In this document: positions 47,852 through 57,176 of the stretch, piece by piece
How the letters are laid out: every line of letters starts with the position of its first letter
Position numbering within the stretch: the first letter of the stretch is position 1
NCBI GenBank assembly: GCA_963779885.1
Contig: CAWAAN010000024.1
Location: forward strand, 11,776-75,775
Direction: 5' to 3'
Source: an uncultured delta proteobacterium
GTDB taxonomy: Bacteria; Desulfobacterota; Desulfobacteria; Desulfobacterales; SG8-13
Length of the DNA stretch: 64,000 nt
Notes under the pieces: generated by a model
Told to the model about the DNA's origin: nothing
What the model saw: the letters and a program-made list of their open reading frames with translations, nothing else
Database searches by the model: none
Position numbers and translations under genes: made by a program

Positions 47852-47887
47852 GTTTGTAGGGGCACGGCGCGCCGTGCCCCTACAAAC
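47852..47887. repeat. perfect 36-nt palindrome GTTTGTAGGGGCACGGCG|CGCCGTGCCCCTACAAAC
   Basis: The exact reverse-complement symmetry was read directly. It occupies most of the permease-SBP intercistronic gap. Confidence 0.9.
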
Positions 47888-47890
47888 GAC

Positions 47891-48643
47891 CTATTTCCCG
47901 CTCCACACCCGGCGGATGGCGGCCCCGCAGAGTTCCAGAAAGCCCTGGTAGACCGACAGCGTAATGCCGATGAGAAAAAGGGCCACCAGGATTTTGGCCA
48001 GATTGCTCTGGTAGAGCGCCACCCGGATGCTGTAGCCGATACCGGCATTGGCGGCGATGAACTCGGCCACGATAGTGCCGGCCATTGCCAAGGTAGCGCT
48101 TCCGGCGATCACCGTCGTCAGTTTGTTCAGATTTTCGAAGGCGCGGATCTTGACTTCCAGCTGCCAGCGCAGGCGCCCTGTCACCCGGTAGAAATGCTCG
48201 ATGTCCTCGACCGGCTCGGCCATGATGCCGATTACCGAGAGCAGCACCGGAAAATAGCAGATCATGGCCGCAATCAACAGCCGGGTCAGCAATCCGTCAC
48301 CTAACAGAATAAAGATGATCGGCGCAATGGCCACGATCGGATAGGCCTGGACGTTATAGGCCGCCACCTTGATGAACGAGCCGAACCAGGTCGCCTGCCG
48401 ACCGGCGATCCCCACCAGCAGGGCAATGAATATCGCCATCACCTGCCCCACGACCGCCACCGCCAGCGTGTTCAGGACATCGCCGAAATAGCGCCCGAAC
48501 TGCGCAATGCCGGTGTGCCAGATGTCGACCGGTCCGGGAATCACGTAGTCGGACAAACCCAGGCCGTATTTGATCAGGAGCAGAAAGGCGAGCCCGATGG
48601 CATAGATGATCAGAAACTGGTAGATGCGCCTATGAAGAAGCAT
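47891..48643 (-). CDS. ABC transporter permease (SsuC/TauC-like)
   Basis: 250 aa with six transmembrane segments and an EAA-like loop region. Confidence 0.85.
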   Translation of the reverse strand: MLLHRRIYQFLIIYAIGLAFLLLIKYGLGLSDYVIPGPVDIWHTGIAQFGRYFGDVLNTLAVAVVGQVMAIFIALLVGIAGRQATWFGSFIKVAAYNVQAYPIVAIAPIIFILLGDGLLTRLLIAAMICYFPVLLSVIGIMAEPVEDIEHFYRVTGRLRWQLEVKIRAFENLNKLTTVIAGSATLAMAGTIVAEFIAANAGIGYSIRVALYQSNLAKILVALFLIGITLSVYQGFLELCGAAIRRVWSGK

Positions 48644-49325
48644 TGACGATCTCCAGCATGCTCTGATCGAGCCGGCTCCGGTCGATCTCGCGCCCGATCC
48701 GGGCGTCCTGCCCGCGCACGACCACCGACTGCGGGTGGCGCTCCGCCCCTCTCAAAACGACGATATCGCGGCAGAACTTCGACACCTCGACCACATTGTG
48801 GGAGATGTAGAGAAAATGGCGCCGGGGATAAAGGGCCTTGACCTGCAAAATGATCTTCTCGCGGGTCAGCTCGTCGACATTGGCCAGGCTCTCGTCCATG
48901 ATCAGCAGATCGAAGTCCTGCAGGAGATAGCGCAGCAGATTGACGCGGTTCTGCTGCCCCAGGGACAACTGGGAAAACCGCTGCCGCAAGCAGTCTTCCA
49001 AGCCGAAAACCGGCACCAGGTCCTGAAGGTGGTCCCGGCGGCCGGCGGGGGTGACCTTCTCCAGGTGTCGGCCGACCGCCGACCAGCCCGGAAGCCGCTC
49101 GGTGTTGTAGGAATAGAGAAAGGTCTTCATCCCCGCCTGGTTGATGTCCCCGGAGAAACCGCGCATGTCGCCGGTCAGGATTCTGGCCAGCGAGGTCTTG
49201 CCGACGCCCGAGGGGCCGAAAAGGGAGTTGAAGCCGGGTTCCGTCAATTCGAAGGACAGATCCCGGAAGACGAAATTCGGGGAACCGGGATATCTGAGGG
49301 TCAGGTTTCGGATCTGCAGGCCCAT
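48630..49325 (-). CDS. ABC transporter ATP-binding protein
   Basis: Walker A GPSGVGKTS, signature LSLGQQ and Walker B LLIMDE. Confidence 0.9.
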   Translation of the reverse strand: MGLQIRNLTLRYPGSPNFVFRDLSFELTEPGFNSLFGPSGVGKTSLARILTGDMRGFSGDINQAGMKTFLYSYNTERLPGWSAVGRHLEKVTPAGRRDHLQDLVPVFGLEDCLRQRFSQLSLGQQNRVNLLRYLLQDFDLLIMDESLANVDELTREKIILQVKALYPRRHFLYISHNVVEVSKFCRDIVVLRGAERHPQSVVVRGQDARIGREIDRSRLDQSMLEIVNASS

Positions 49326-49347
49326 TGACGCGCTTTCACCGGCGGTT

Positions 49348-50169
49348 CTACTGCATGCGGTCCGCCGGCGCCAGCCATCGCGCCAGCCTGTTCTTCAGGC
49401 TGCCCAGGAGCGGTTCGCGGATTTTGACCTCTAGGTAAAGGTCACCGGGCGGCTCCCCGCCCTTGCCGTCGTGACCCATGCCGGCCAGGCGGATTTTTTG
49501 CCCCGAGTGAATGCCCGGCGGTATCTTCACCACCAACTTTTTCGATTTTTCACGCACAAAATAGGCGTAGGGGCCGCCGGTTCGGGCCAGTTCGGGGTCG
49601 AGGAAAATGGTATCGCGCACGGGCCCGCCCTTTTCCGGCAACTCGACGCCGCTGATATTTTTCAACAGCCGGCGCGCGAGCGTGCCGAGCACCCCGCCTT
49701 GCGGCAGCGCCGGGCCCGGCCGGGTGCCGGCGCCGCCGGAACCGGTGAAGACAAACCCGCGGGCGAACATTCCGGGCCGGTTGAACTGGAAACTGCGGAA
49801 CCCCGGGCCGTAAAACTCCTTGAAGATGTCCTCCACCCCCCGCACGCCGAAAGAGCGGGCCATCTCTTCGAAGACCTGGTAGACGTCCGAGCCCCTGAAA
49901 ATATCACGGTCACTGTAGCTCTGCCGGAAGCGGCTGTGGGCGGTGTCCCCGAACCGCTGCCGCAGGCCGTCATATTCGCGCCGCTTGTTGGCGTCGGCCA
50001 GCACGGCATAGGCTTCGTTGAGCCGCTTCATCTGTTCCGCCGCTTGCGGATTGTCCGGATGGCGGTCGGGATGGAACTGGTAGGCCAGCTTGCGATAGGC
50101 CTCTTTTATTTCGCGCGCCGTGGCGGTGTCGCCAACGCCCAGAAGGCGGTAATAGTCGCTGGTCGGCAT
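49348..50169 (-). CDS. DnaJ-domain protein (canonical HPD) with a DnaJ C-terminal-like region
   Basis: DYYRLLGV...AYRKLAYQFHPDRHPDNP...LNEAYAVLAD..KRREYD. Confidence 0.85.
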   Translation of the reverse strand: MPTSDYYRLLGVGDTATAREIKEAYRKLAYQFHPDRHPDNPQAAEQMKRLNEAYAVLADANKRREYDGLRQRFGDTAHSRFRQSYSDRDIFRGSDVYQVFEEMARSFGVRGVEDIFKEFYGPGFRSFQFNRPGMFARGFVFTGSGGAGTRPGPALPQGGVLGTLARRLLKNISGVELPEKGGPVRDTIFLDPELARTGGPYAYFVREKSKKLVVKIPPGIHSGQKIRLAGMGHDGKGGEPPGDLYLEVKIREPLLGSLKNRLARWLAPADRMQ

Positions 50170-50337
50170 GTGAATCAACTCTCCCCGCCCGATGGCGGTT
50201 CTATTGTGGTTTTGTGATCAGGGTAAAATAAACCCGGACGCTATACAAGCATAAAGCGCGGGATAATCGCTCATGATAAGAATCCCCGGCCCCGATTCAA
50301 CCTTGCCGGTAAAAGATCGTCGGTGGTATACTATGAC

Positions 50338-50420
50338 GGTTTGGCCGGTTTTGCCGGTTGAGCCCGTTTAGCCCGTTTGCCGGCTGAGTCCGTTGGGCCG
50401 GTTGAATGGGTAGGTTGGGG
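50338..50420 (-). repeat. 9-nt-periodic tandem array, reverse-complement family of the 40738-40803 array
   Basis: GGTTTGGCC GGTTTTGCC GGTTGAGCC CGTTTAGCC CGTTTGCC GGCTGAGTC CGTTGGGCC GGTTGAATG. GGTTGAGCC is the reverse complement of GGCTCAACC. Confidence 0.7.
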
Positions 50421-50497
50421 TGAGTGTAACGAACCCCAACAAAGATGATGGACCTTCGCCGATGTTGGGTTTCGCTGCCCTCAGCGCAACCTTGTAC
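50410..50497. repeat. inverted pair of TGTTGGGTTTCG...CAACCT-type repeat units
   Basis: GTAGGTTGGGGTGAGTGTAACGAACCCCAACA (50410-50441) and TGTTGGGTTTCGCTGCCCTCAGCGCAACCTTGTAC (50463-50497) are imperfect reverse complements. A shorter related TTGTTGGGTTTCG lies near 44432-44446. Confidence 0.6.
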
Positions 50498-50677
50498 GAA
50501 GCTGTGCCCTCGGCGTAGCTTCACACGAGGGTTGGCAGATGAAAGCGATTCGAGGTTTCGGGTGGCGGCCTTTCAAACAATTTATGCATGACAAGGCCCT
50601 AGACTGTTTGGCCGGTTTCGTCCCGCCGGCCATCGTCTCCGAAGGGGGGCGTTGATCAACCAGCAGGAGAGAACCTC

Positions 50678-52084
50678 ATGTCCGATGCCCGCCGCAAAGC
50701 CGATAAGCGCGCCTATGACGTCATTATCGTGGGCGGTGGTCCGGCCGGATTGTTCGCGGCTTACCACCTCTGCGAGCACTCGGGCTTGCGGGTGCTGCTG
50801 ATCGAAATGGGCCAGGACGCCCTCAAACGAAAATGCCCCATGAGCGATCACCGCGAGTGCCTCGGCTGCAAACCCTGTCACATTCTGTCCGGCATCGGCG
50901 GTGCCGGTCTTTTTTCGGACGGCAAGCTCAACTACATTCACAAGCTGGGCAAAAGCGACTTGACCCAGTTCATGCCGCGGCCGGCGGCCGAAGCCCTGAT
51001 CGAAGAGACCGAAACAATTTTCAATCGGTTCGGAATGGACGGCCCGGTTTATCCGACCGACATGGCCGCGGCCCGCCGCATCCGTCAGAAAGCCAAGCGC
51101 CACGGCATCGACCTGTTGATCATCCGTCAAAAACACCTCGGCAGCGACTGCCTGCCGGAACATATCGCCGCCATGCGTGATTACGTCAAATCCAGAGGCG
51201 TGGAGTTTCACACCTCCGAGGAGGTCAGGGATGTCCTCGTCGAGAACATGCGCGTTACCGGTGTGGTGACCGATCGCGGCCCGTACGACGCCACAAGGGT
51301 CATTCTGGCTCCCGGCCGGGTGGGCGCCAACTGGATCGGGTCGCTGGCGCAAAAATACGGCCTGGGCCTCACCCAGCGCGGCATCGAGGTCGGCGTGCGG
51401 GTCGAGGTGCACAACGACATCATGCAGGATCTTTGCAACGTGATCTACGATCCGACTTTTTTCATTCAGACCAGCAAGTACGACGACCAGACGCGCACCT
51501 TCTGCACCAATCAAGGCGGCTTCGTCACCCAGGAAAACTACAGCCGGTTCGTGTGCGTCAACGGGCACGCCTTCCGCCACCGCAAGTCCGAAAATACCAA
51601 TTTCGCCTTCCTGTCAAAAGTCGTCCTGACCGAACCTGTGACCGACAACCAGGCCTACGGGGAAGCCATCGGCAGCCTGGCATCGCTGATCGGCGGCGGC
51701 AAGCCGATCCTGCAGCGCTTCGGCGATTTGAAGCGCGGCCGGCGCAGCACCTGGAACCGCGTCAGGAAAGGCTACATCGCGCCGAGCCTGGTCGAGGTCG
51801 TCTGCGGCGACATCGCCATGGCCCTGCCCGAGAGGATCCTGACCAACATCTGCGAAGGCCTCGACAAGCTCAACCTGGTCATTCCGGGAGTTTCCAACGA
51901 CGAGACCCTGCTCTACGCGCCCGAAATAAAATTCTTCGCCACCCAGGTCGACACCACCGAGCACCTGGAAACGAAAATAGCGGGAATGTATGTGGCCGGC
52001 GACGGACCGGGCGTGGCCGGCAACATCGTTTCGGCCAGCGCCACCGGCCTGATTCCCGCCAAGGCCATCGTCGCCCTGGAATAG
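50678..52084 (+). CDS. FAD-dependent protein (COG2509-like NAD(FAD)-utilising dehydrogenase)
   Basis: YDVIIVGGGPAGLFAA dinucleotide motif. C-terminal GMYVAGDGPGVAGNIVSA. Confidence 0.85.
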   Translation: MSDARRKADKRAYDVIIVGGGPAGLFAAYHLCEHSGLRVLLIEMGQDALKRKCPMSDHRECLGCKPCHILSGIGGAGLFSDGKLNYIHKLGKSDLTQFMPRPAAEALIEETETIFNRFGMDGPVYPTDMAAARRIRQKAKRHGIDLLIIRQKHLGSDCLPEHIAAMRDYVKSRGVEFHTSEEVRDVLVENMRVTGVVTDRGPYDATRVILAPGRVGANWIGSLAQKYGLGLTQRGIEVGVRVEVHNDIMQDLCNVIYDPTFFIQTSKYDDQTRTFCTNQGGFVTQENYSRFVCVNGHAFRHRKSENTNFAFLSKVVLTEPVTDNQAYGEAIGSLASLIGGGKPILQRFGDLKRGRRSTWNRVRKGYIAPSLVEVVCGDIAMALPERILTNICEGLDKLNLVIPGVSNDETLLYAPEIKFFATQVDTTEHLETKIAGMYVAGDGPGVAGNIVSASATGLIPAKAIVALE

Positions 52085-52202
52085 GCGTCGTGGATGAAGT
52101 GAGAGATGGACAGGGCGAGGATCCGACCGGCCTGGAAACCGTGCCCAGGATGCTCAGCGCGGGCGTTGGCGGCGGGAATATTGGTTTTTGAAGGCATTTC
52201 GG

Positions 52203-53102
52203 TCAGGAAGGCTTGGCAGTGGCTGCCGGGCGGCCGGACAGGTAATGGCGGTCCAGAGTTCCCTCGACGGCCGCCAGTTTTTCGATGACCGGCGGCGTGA
52301 ACCCGAAGACGAGGTCGAGAAAGCTCGTGGTGATCCTGAAAGTGGCCCCCCAGAGCCGTTCGGTGCCTCCGGCCCGACGATGGATGAAGCAGGGAAATTC
52401 CCGGATGTCGCGCGCCGGCCGGTTGCCGTTGGAACCGCCCATGTGAAAGACGCAGCGCGCGTAGTTGTCCGCCCGCAGCAGGTGACGCAGCGGCACGGCG
52501 ACGACTTTTTCGACCTCCCAGTTGGGAGTAAAGCGCACCTGACGGGAAATCCAGCAGACCATCGGGTAGATCGTCCGCTGGAACATCACCAGCCGGGCGG
52601 GGGGCAAAAAGCCCAGGAAGCGGATGCCGAAAGGGTTCAGGCGCATCTCCTCGAACCCCTCGCGCAGACCGGTGGCCAGCAGCAGGGACAGGTTGAAGGC
52701 TTCCTGCGGTCGCCGGTGGCGCCATGCGGGCCAACCGGCCCAGCGCGTCAGCGGTGATCCCCACAGCCGCAGCAGCCGGGCCAGTGTCACATCCAGCCGC
52801 GGGGCGATGCCGCCGCCCGGGCAGCACAAGTCTCCTGGCTGTACCACCTTGCGCGAGCGCTTGTTTAAGATTAGATACGGTCCGGTGTCGCCACCGTCAT
52901 CGCCCGCCGCGTTTCGCCCGAGAAGAAAGAGAACCGCGGAGGCGCGCGGGGAATACAGGACCTTCTCGGTGAACAGCGGTGTCTCGCCAATGTGCTGCCG
53001 GAGCTTGTGCTCCACATATTTCGGCAGAGATTCGAGATCGTTTGCCGCCGCCACCGGCGTGTCCGGCCGCGGCCGTGCCGCTTTAGTGAACCGCTGACGC
53101 AT
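52203..53102 (-). CDS. NUDIX hydrolase, CoA pyrophosphatase-like
   Basis: CCPGGG ... LREGFEEMRL resembles a Nudix box split by an insertion. The start is uncertain (53102 or 53177). Confidence 0.55.
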   Translation of the reverse strand: MRQRFTKAARPRPDTPVAAANDLESLPKYVEHKLRQHIGETPLFTEKVLYSPRASAVLFLLGRNAAGDDGGDTGPYLILNKRSRKVVQPGDLCCPGGGIAPRLDVTLARLLRLWGSPLTRWAGWPAWRHRRPQEAFNLSLLLATGLREGFEEMRLNPFGIRFLGFLPPARLVMFQRTIYPMVCWISRQVRFTPNWEVEKVVAVPLRHLLRADNYARCVFHMGGSNGNRPARDIREFPCFIHRRAGGTERLWGATFRITTSFLDLVFGFTPPVIEKLAAVEGTLDRHYLSGRPAATAKPS

Positions 53103-53197
53103 TGCCTCTAACCTTGTGGGAGCCCCGTCAGAGTTGCTGCGCAACCAAAGCGCGCCGGCCGCCGGGGCGTTTGCCAACCCAAACTGCCGCCCGCACG

Positions 53198-54250
53198 TCA
53201 GATGAATTTGTCTATCTTGGCGTTCTTGCGCAAACCATCCAGATATTCTTCGACCTTTTCACGCGTTTTCTGCTGCTTCAGGTGCTGTTCGATGTCGTCT
53301 TTCACATCGCTGAAGGCCAGGGTCGTCGCGGGCTTTTTTTCGGTGACTTTGATGATGTGATAGCCAAAGCGCGTCTCCACCACATCGCTGACCGTGCCGG
53401 GCTCCAGCGAAAACGCGGCGTCTTCGAAGGCCTTGTCCATCTGGCCGCGTTGAAAGAAGCCCAGGTCCCCGCCCTTGCCCTTGCTCGGCCCCTCGGAGAA
53501 TTCCTGGGCCACGGCTGCAAAGTCCTCGCCTTTTTTCAGCTTTTCCTGAATGGCGGCGATCTTCTTTTTGGCTTCGGCCTTCTTTTCGTCCGTGGCATCC
53601 GGGGCGACCTGGATCAGGATATGACTGGCCTTGACCTGCTCGGGCTGCTTGAACTGGTCGGGATTCTCGTCATAAAATTTTTTTGCTTCCGCTTCGCTCA
53701 CCTGGATGTCCTTCACGACCTTTGATTTCAGCAGGTCGTCTATCGCCAGGCCCTTGGCGAGCTGTGACCGGATCTCGGCCTCGGAGACTCCCATCTTCGC
53801 GATGGCATCCTTGAATTCCTGCTCGGTCTTGAACCGCTTCTTGATTTCCTCGTATTTATCGTCGAGGGTCTTGGAGTCGATCTGGATCTTTTGCTTTTTG
53901 CTTTCCTGGTAGAGCAGTTCCTGATCGATCAGGCTGTTCAAAATTTCGTTCCTCAGAACCGGCACCTGAACCTCGGGCACCTGTTGGCCCTGGCGCACCA
54001 TGCGATCGGTAAACATCTTGACTTCGCGCTCGAGCGTTTCCCCGGCAATCACGGTGCCATTGACGGTCGCCGCCGTGGCCGGCACCGCCTTTTCGGGTGC
54101 GGCTTTATCGGTCGCAGTTTTTTCGGTCGCAGCTTTTTCGGGCACGGCCTTTTCGGGCGTGGCTTTCTGCGCTCCGGCCGGAAGGGCGGCAACGAGCAGG
54201 ATTGCCGCGAGCAGGATCGCCGCGGCAAAAAAACGGTTTCTGGACAGCAT
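53198..54250 (-). CDS. parvulin-type peptidyl-prolyl isomerase (PpiC/SurA-like), secreted
   Basis: Signal peptide, and the parvulin core ASHILIQV...GGDLGFF...FGYHIIKV. Confidence 0.85.
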   Translation of the reverse strand: MLSRNRFFAAAILLAAILLVAALPAGAQKATPEKAVPEKAATEKTATDKAAPEKAVPATAATVNGTVIAGETLEREVKMFTDRMVRQGQQVPEVQVPVLRNEILNSLIDQELLYQESKKQKIQIDSKTLDDKYEEIKKRFKTEQEFKDAIAKMGVSEAEIRSQLAKGLAIDDLLKSKVVKDIQVSEAEAKKFYDENPDQFKQPEQVKASHILIQVAPDATDEKKAEAKKKIAAIQEKLKKGEDFAAVAQEFSEGPSKGKGGDLGFFQRGQMDKAFEDAAFSLEPGTVSDVVETRFGYHIIKVTEKKPATTLAFSDVKDDIEQHLKQQKTREKVEEYLDGLRKNAKIDKFI

Positions 54251-54537
54251 AACAAAGTTCCTTTCAATTAAAAAAAGCCCTTCTTCGGGGCCGGTAAATG
54301 ATTCGGCGTCGATTCCATTAAACAGATCGCCGGTCCACAATTATAGTTCCAACAGGGTTGTGATACGGGTGTTTGTGATATACCATAAGATGGAAAAATA
54401 CAATTTACAATAATGATTGCGCGGAATAAACTGCCGTTTAGTCGTGCGTAACACTCATGGCCCTCGGGCCGCCCGAATGCCTGAAAACGACGCGCCGGAG
54501 ACCGGAAGTGCGGGGGCGCACAGCGTCTGACTGTTTC

Positions 54538-54565
54538 GTAGGGGCGAAAAATCTTTCGCCCCTAC
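54538..54565. repeat. palindrome GTAGGGGCGAAA-AATC-TTTCGCCCCTAC
   Basis: 12-bp arms were read directly. It has the same GTAGGGGC...GCCCCTAC ends as the 47852 palindrome. Confidence 0.8.
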
Positions 54566-54687
54566 TGGAATCTTAGGCTGGACCCGAGGCTAATGCCGAA
54601 TGCCGCATCGCGCAACCGCTTATCCGGGCGGAGGCGGCGATCTTAACAATGCTGTTGAACCTATTGTCGGGTTGAAGGAACGATCGT

Positions 54688-54894
54688 ATGCCGATTTATG
54701 AATACCAATGTAAAGGATGCTGTCACTGTTTCGAATATCTGGCCTTGACGGCCACCGATTCTCCCGCGGCCTGTCCCGCGTGCGCCTGCCCGGATATCGA
54801 AAAATTGATGTCCGCCGGATGCGTCCGCGCCCAGGGCATCCCCAAGGGCGCGGGCGGCTTCGACGCCAAACCGGGCTGCCGGCCCTCGGGCTGA
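54688..54894 (+). CDS. FmdB-family zinc-ribbon protein (CxxC_CxxC_SSSS)
   Basis: MPIYEYQCKGC...CPAC architecture. Confidence 0.75.
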   Translation: MPIYEYQCKGCCHCFEYLALTATDSPAACPACACPDIEKLMSAGCVRAQGIPKGAGGFDAKPGCRPSG

Positions 54895-55209
54895 TCGATC
54901 TAGACAAAGCGCCTCGGTTCGAGGCGCCCAGCCCGGTTAAAGACCGATGGGTCAGTTCAGCCGGTTTCCTCCCGCTGCGGCGGGATCGAAGCCGAAGAGG
55001 ATGACTATCGATTCTCAAAAAAAACCGGAAACATCCCCCGCAAGGCAGCCTAAATTGACGTGCCGGAGCCCCGGACCGGGCGGCCTGCCGACAAGGCCCA
55101 ACGGTCTGGAGCCGTTTACGGCTTCCGATAACTGATCCGGTGGTCATGCCCCTTAAAAACATGCCCCGGTTTTCAACTTTCCAATGACTCTTTTGGCCTG
55201 CAACGCCTC

Positions 55210-57117
55210 ATGGTCCGCACCCTGCTGCTCCAGCTCCCGATTCCGCACCTTAACTACGGCAAACGAACCGGAAACATCCCGCTGGCGGCCGCCTGCCTCA
55301 AGCAGGCGGCCGCCGACATCCCCGGCGCGTCGGTGGACATCCTGCCCGAGAGCATAGTGTCGTATCTCGGCGATGCCGCCCTGCTGCGCGAGGTCCTGTC
55401 CCGCCAACCGGATGTCATCGGCTTTTCGGTCTATAGCTGGAACCTGCGGCGATCGCTGCACCTGGCCGCAGAGATAAAAAAAGCCGCCGGCTGCCGCATC
55501 ATCCTGGGCGGCCCCGAAATCACCCCCGACAACGGGCTGGTGCGATCCGATGCGATCGATTTTCGCGTTTACGGCGAAGGCGAGGCCGTCTTCCGGCAGT
55601 TGCTGCAGGACAAGACACTCTGGCAAAAAAAAGCGGCCGCCGCCGGCGCCGATGCCTTCTTCCGGTCGAGCCCCAGCCCCTATCCGGCAGGGCTGCTGGA
55701 ACCCGACATCGAAGACCTGGTGCTGCTCGAGACGCAGCGCGGCTGTCCGTTTCATTGCGGCTACTGCAGCTACGGCAAGGCCCGCCGCCGACTGACGTTC
55801 AAATCCGAGCCCCTGCTCCTTGACGCCGTCAATTGGGCGGTGCACAGCGGGCATTCCGAACTCTATTTTCTGGACCCGACCCTCAACACCCGCCCCGGAA
55901 TCGACAGGCTGCTCGACAAGGTCAAAACCGCCAACCGCGCCCGCAGCCTGGCCTTGATCAGTGAAATGAGGGCCGACCGGCTGGACGCTTCCCTGGCCGA
56001 TCGATTTGCGGCCGCCGGCTTCAGCTGGTTCGAAATCGGCTTGCAGACCACCAACCCGCGGGCCCTTGACCTGATGAACCGCGCCACCGATCCCGCCCGC
56101 TTCCTGGCGGGCGTGCGGCTGCTCAGGGAGCGCGGCATATCGGCCACCATCGATTTGATCGCCGGCCTGCCGGGCGACGATCTGGGCGGGTTCAAGCGCT
56201 CGGTGGATTTCATCGTCGACAACGACCTGCGGCAGGACGTGCAGGTCTTTCCGCTGGCCGTCCTGCCGGGCACTGATTTCCGGATGCACAGCCAATCGCT
56301 CGGCCTTGCCTTCGAGCCGGAGCCACCTTACCCGGTGATCGCAACGCCCTTGTTTTCAAGGGAAAACCTGCTGGAGGCCTTCGATTACGCCGAAGCCCGC
56401 CTGGAGGTCAATTTGTATCCGATGCCGGCCCTGGACATCTCCTGGCGCCGCGGCCCGGCCACCGATGGTCGGCCGGGTCCCGACCACCATGACAGACCGG
56501 GAAACCGTCCCGCACTCTCGAAGCTGATCCTGAATGCGGTGCGGCCGTTTTCCGACATCGAAAAACTGGCCCGCAATCTGACCCATCCCTACCAGGTCTT
56601 CATCGGCCCCGAGCTGACCGCGGCGAATTTCACGGGCCGGGTACTGGAAATCCTGACCGCCGCCAATCCGTTCACGCCCCTGGAAGTCGTTTTCATCGAA
56701 CCGCGGCAGATTCCCGTTACCGACCGGCTGCTGGATGCCGTTCGATTGAAGCGCCCGCATTTCCTGGATCTCGAACACCGCTTCCTGTTTGCGGAACCCG
56801 GCAGCCGCTGCATTCTTTTTACCCTTTTGAGCCGCCGGCCGCGGCGGTTTTTCACCGGTGACATGCAGCGGCAGGTCTTCTGGTGGGACCGTCTGAACCT
56901 GCCGGAGGGACAGGACCTTAACGAGCTGGCCGATTTCGACGGACTTCTCGTCGACTCCCCCTGCTCGGCGGCGTCCCTGAAGGCGTGGCAGAATTCTTTC
57001 ATCGCCCGGGCCGCCGAGGTCCTCCACATCGGTTTTGCGGACATCTCCCTGCAGCGGCGCTGGCTGCTGTTGACCGAACCCGAAACCTACTACCCGGGGG
57101 CCTTCGGCACCCCCTGA
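55210..57117 (+). CDS. B12-binding-domain radical SAM protein
   Basis: N-terminal B12-like domain and the CGYCSY radical SAM cluster motif (RGCPFHCGYCSYG). Confidence 0.85.
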   Translation: MVRTLLLQLPIPHLNYGKRTGNIPLAAACLKQAAADIPGASVDILPESIVSYLGDAALLREVLSRQPDVIGFSVYSWNLRRSLHLAAEIKKAAGCRIILGGPEITPDNGLVRSDAIDFRVYGEGEAVFRQLLQDKTLWQKKAAAAGADAFFRSSPSPYPAGLLEPDIEDLVLLETQRGCPFHCGYCSYGKARRRLTFKSEPLLLDAVNWAVHSGHSELYFLDPTLNTRPGIDRLLDKVKTANRARSLALISEMRADRLDASLADRFAAAGFSWFEIGLQTTNPRALDLMNRATDPARFLAGVRLLRERGISATIDLIAGLPGDDLGGFKRSVDFIVDNDLRQDVQVFPLAVLPGTDFRMHSQSLGLAFEPEPPYPVIATPLFSRENLLEAFDYAEARLEVNLYPMPALDISWRRGPATDGRPGPDHHDRPGNRPALSKLILNAVRPFSDIEKLARNLTHPYQVFIGPELTAANFTGRVLEILTAANPFTPLEVVFIEPRQIPVTDRLLDAVRLKRPHFLDLEHRFLFAEPGSRCILFTLLSRRPRRFFTGDMQRQVFWWDRLNLPEGQDLNELADFDGLLVDSPCSAASLKAWQNSFIARAAEVLHIGFADISLQRRWLLLTEPETYYPGAFGTP

Positions 57118-57176
57118 CCGTCAATCCGGACGCACCGCAAAGACGGGCGGCGGTTGTCCGCCCATCGGCAACCGCC

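Noticed and set aside
54688-54894. The FmdB-like peptide as a confident RiPP precursor
   Set aside because: It has the standard FmdB zinc-ribbon layout. It is 315 nt from the radical SAM gene, and there are no tailoring, export or protease genes nearby. I kept it only as a low-interest finding.
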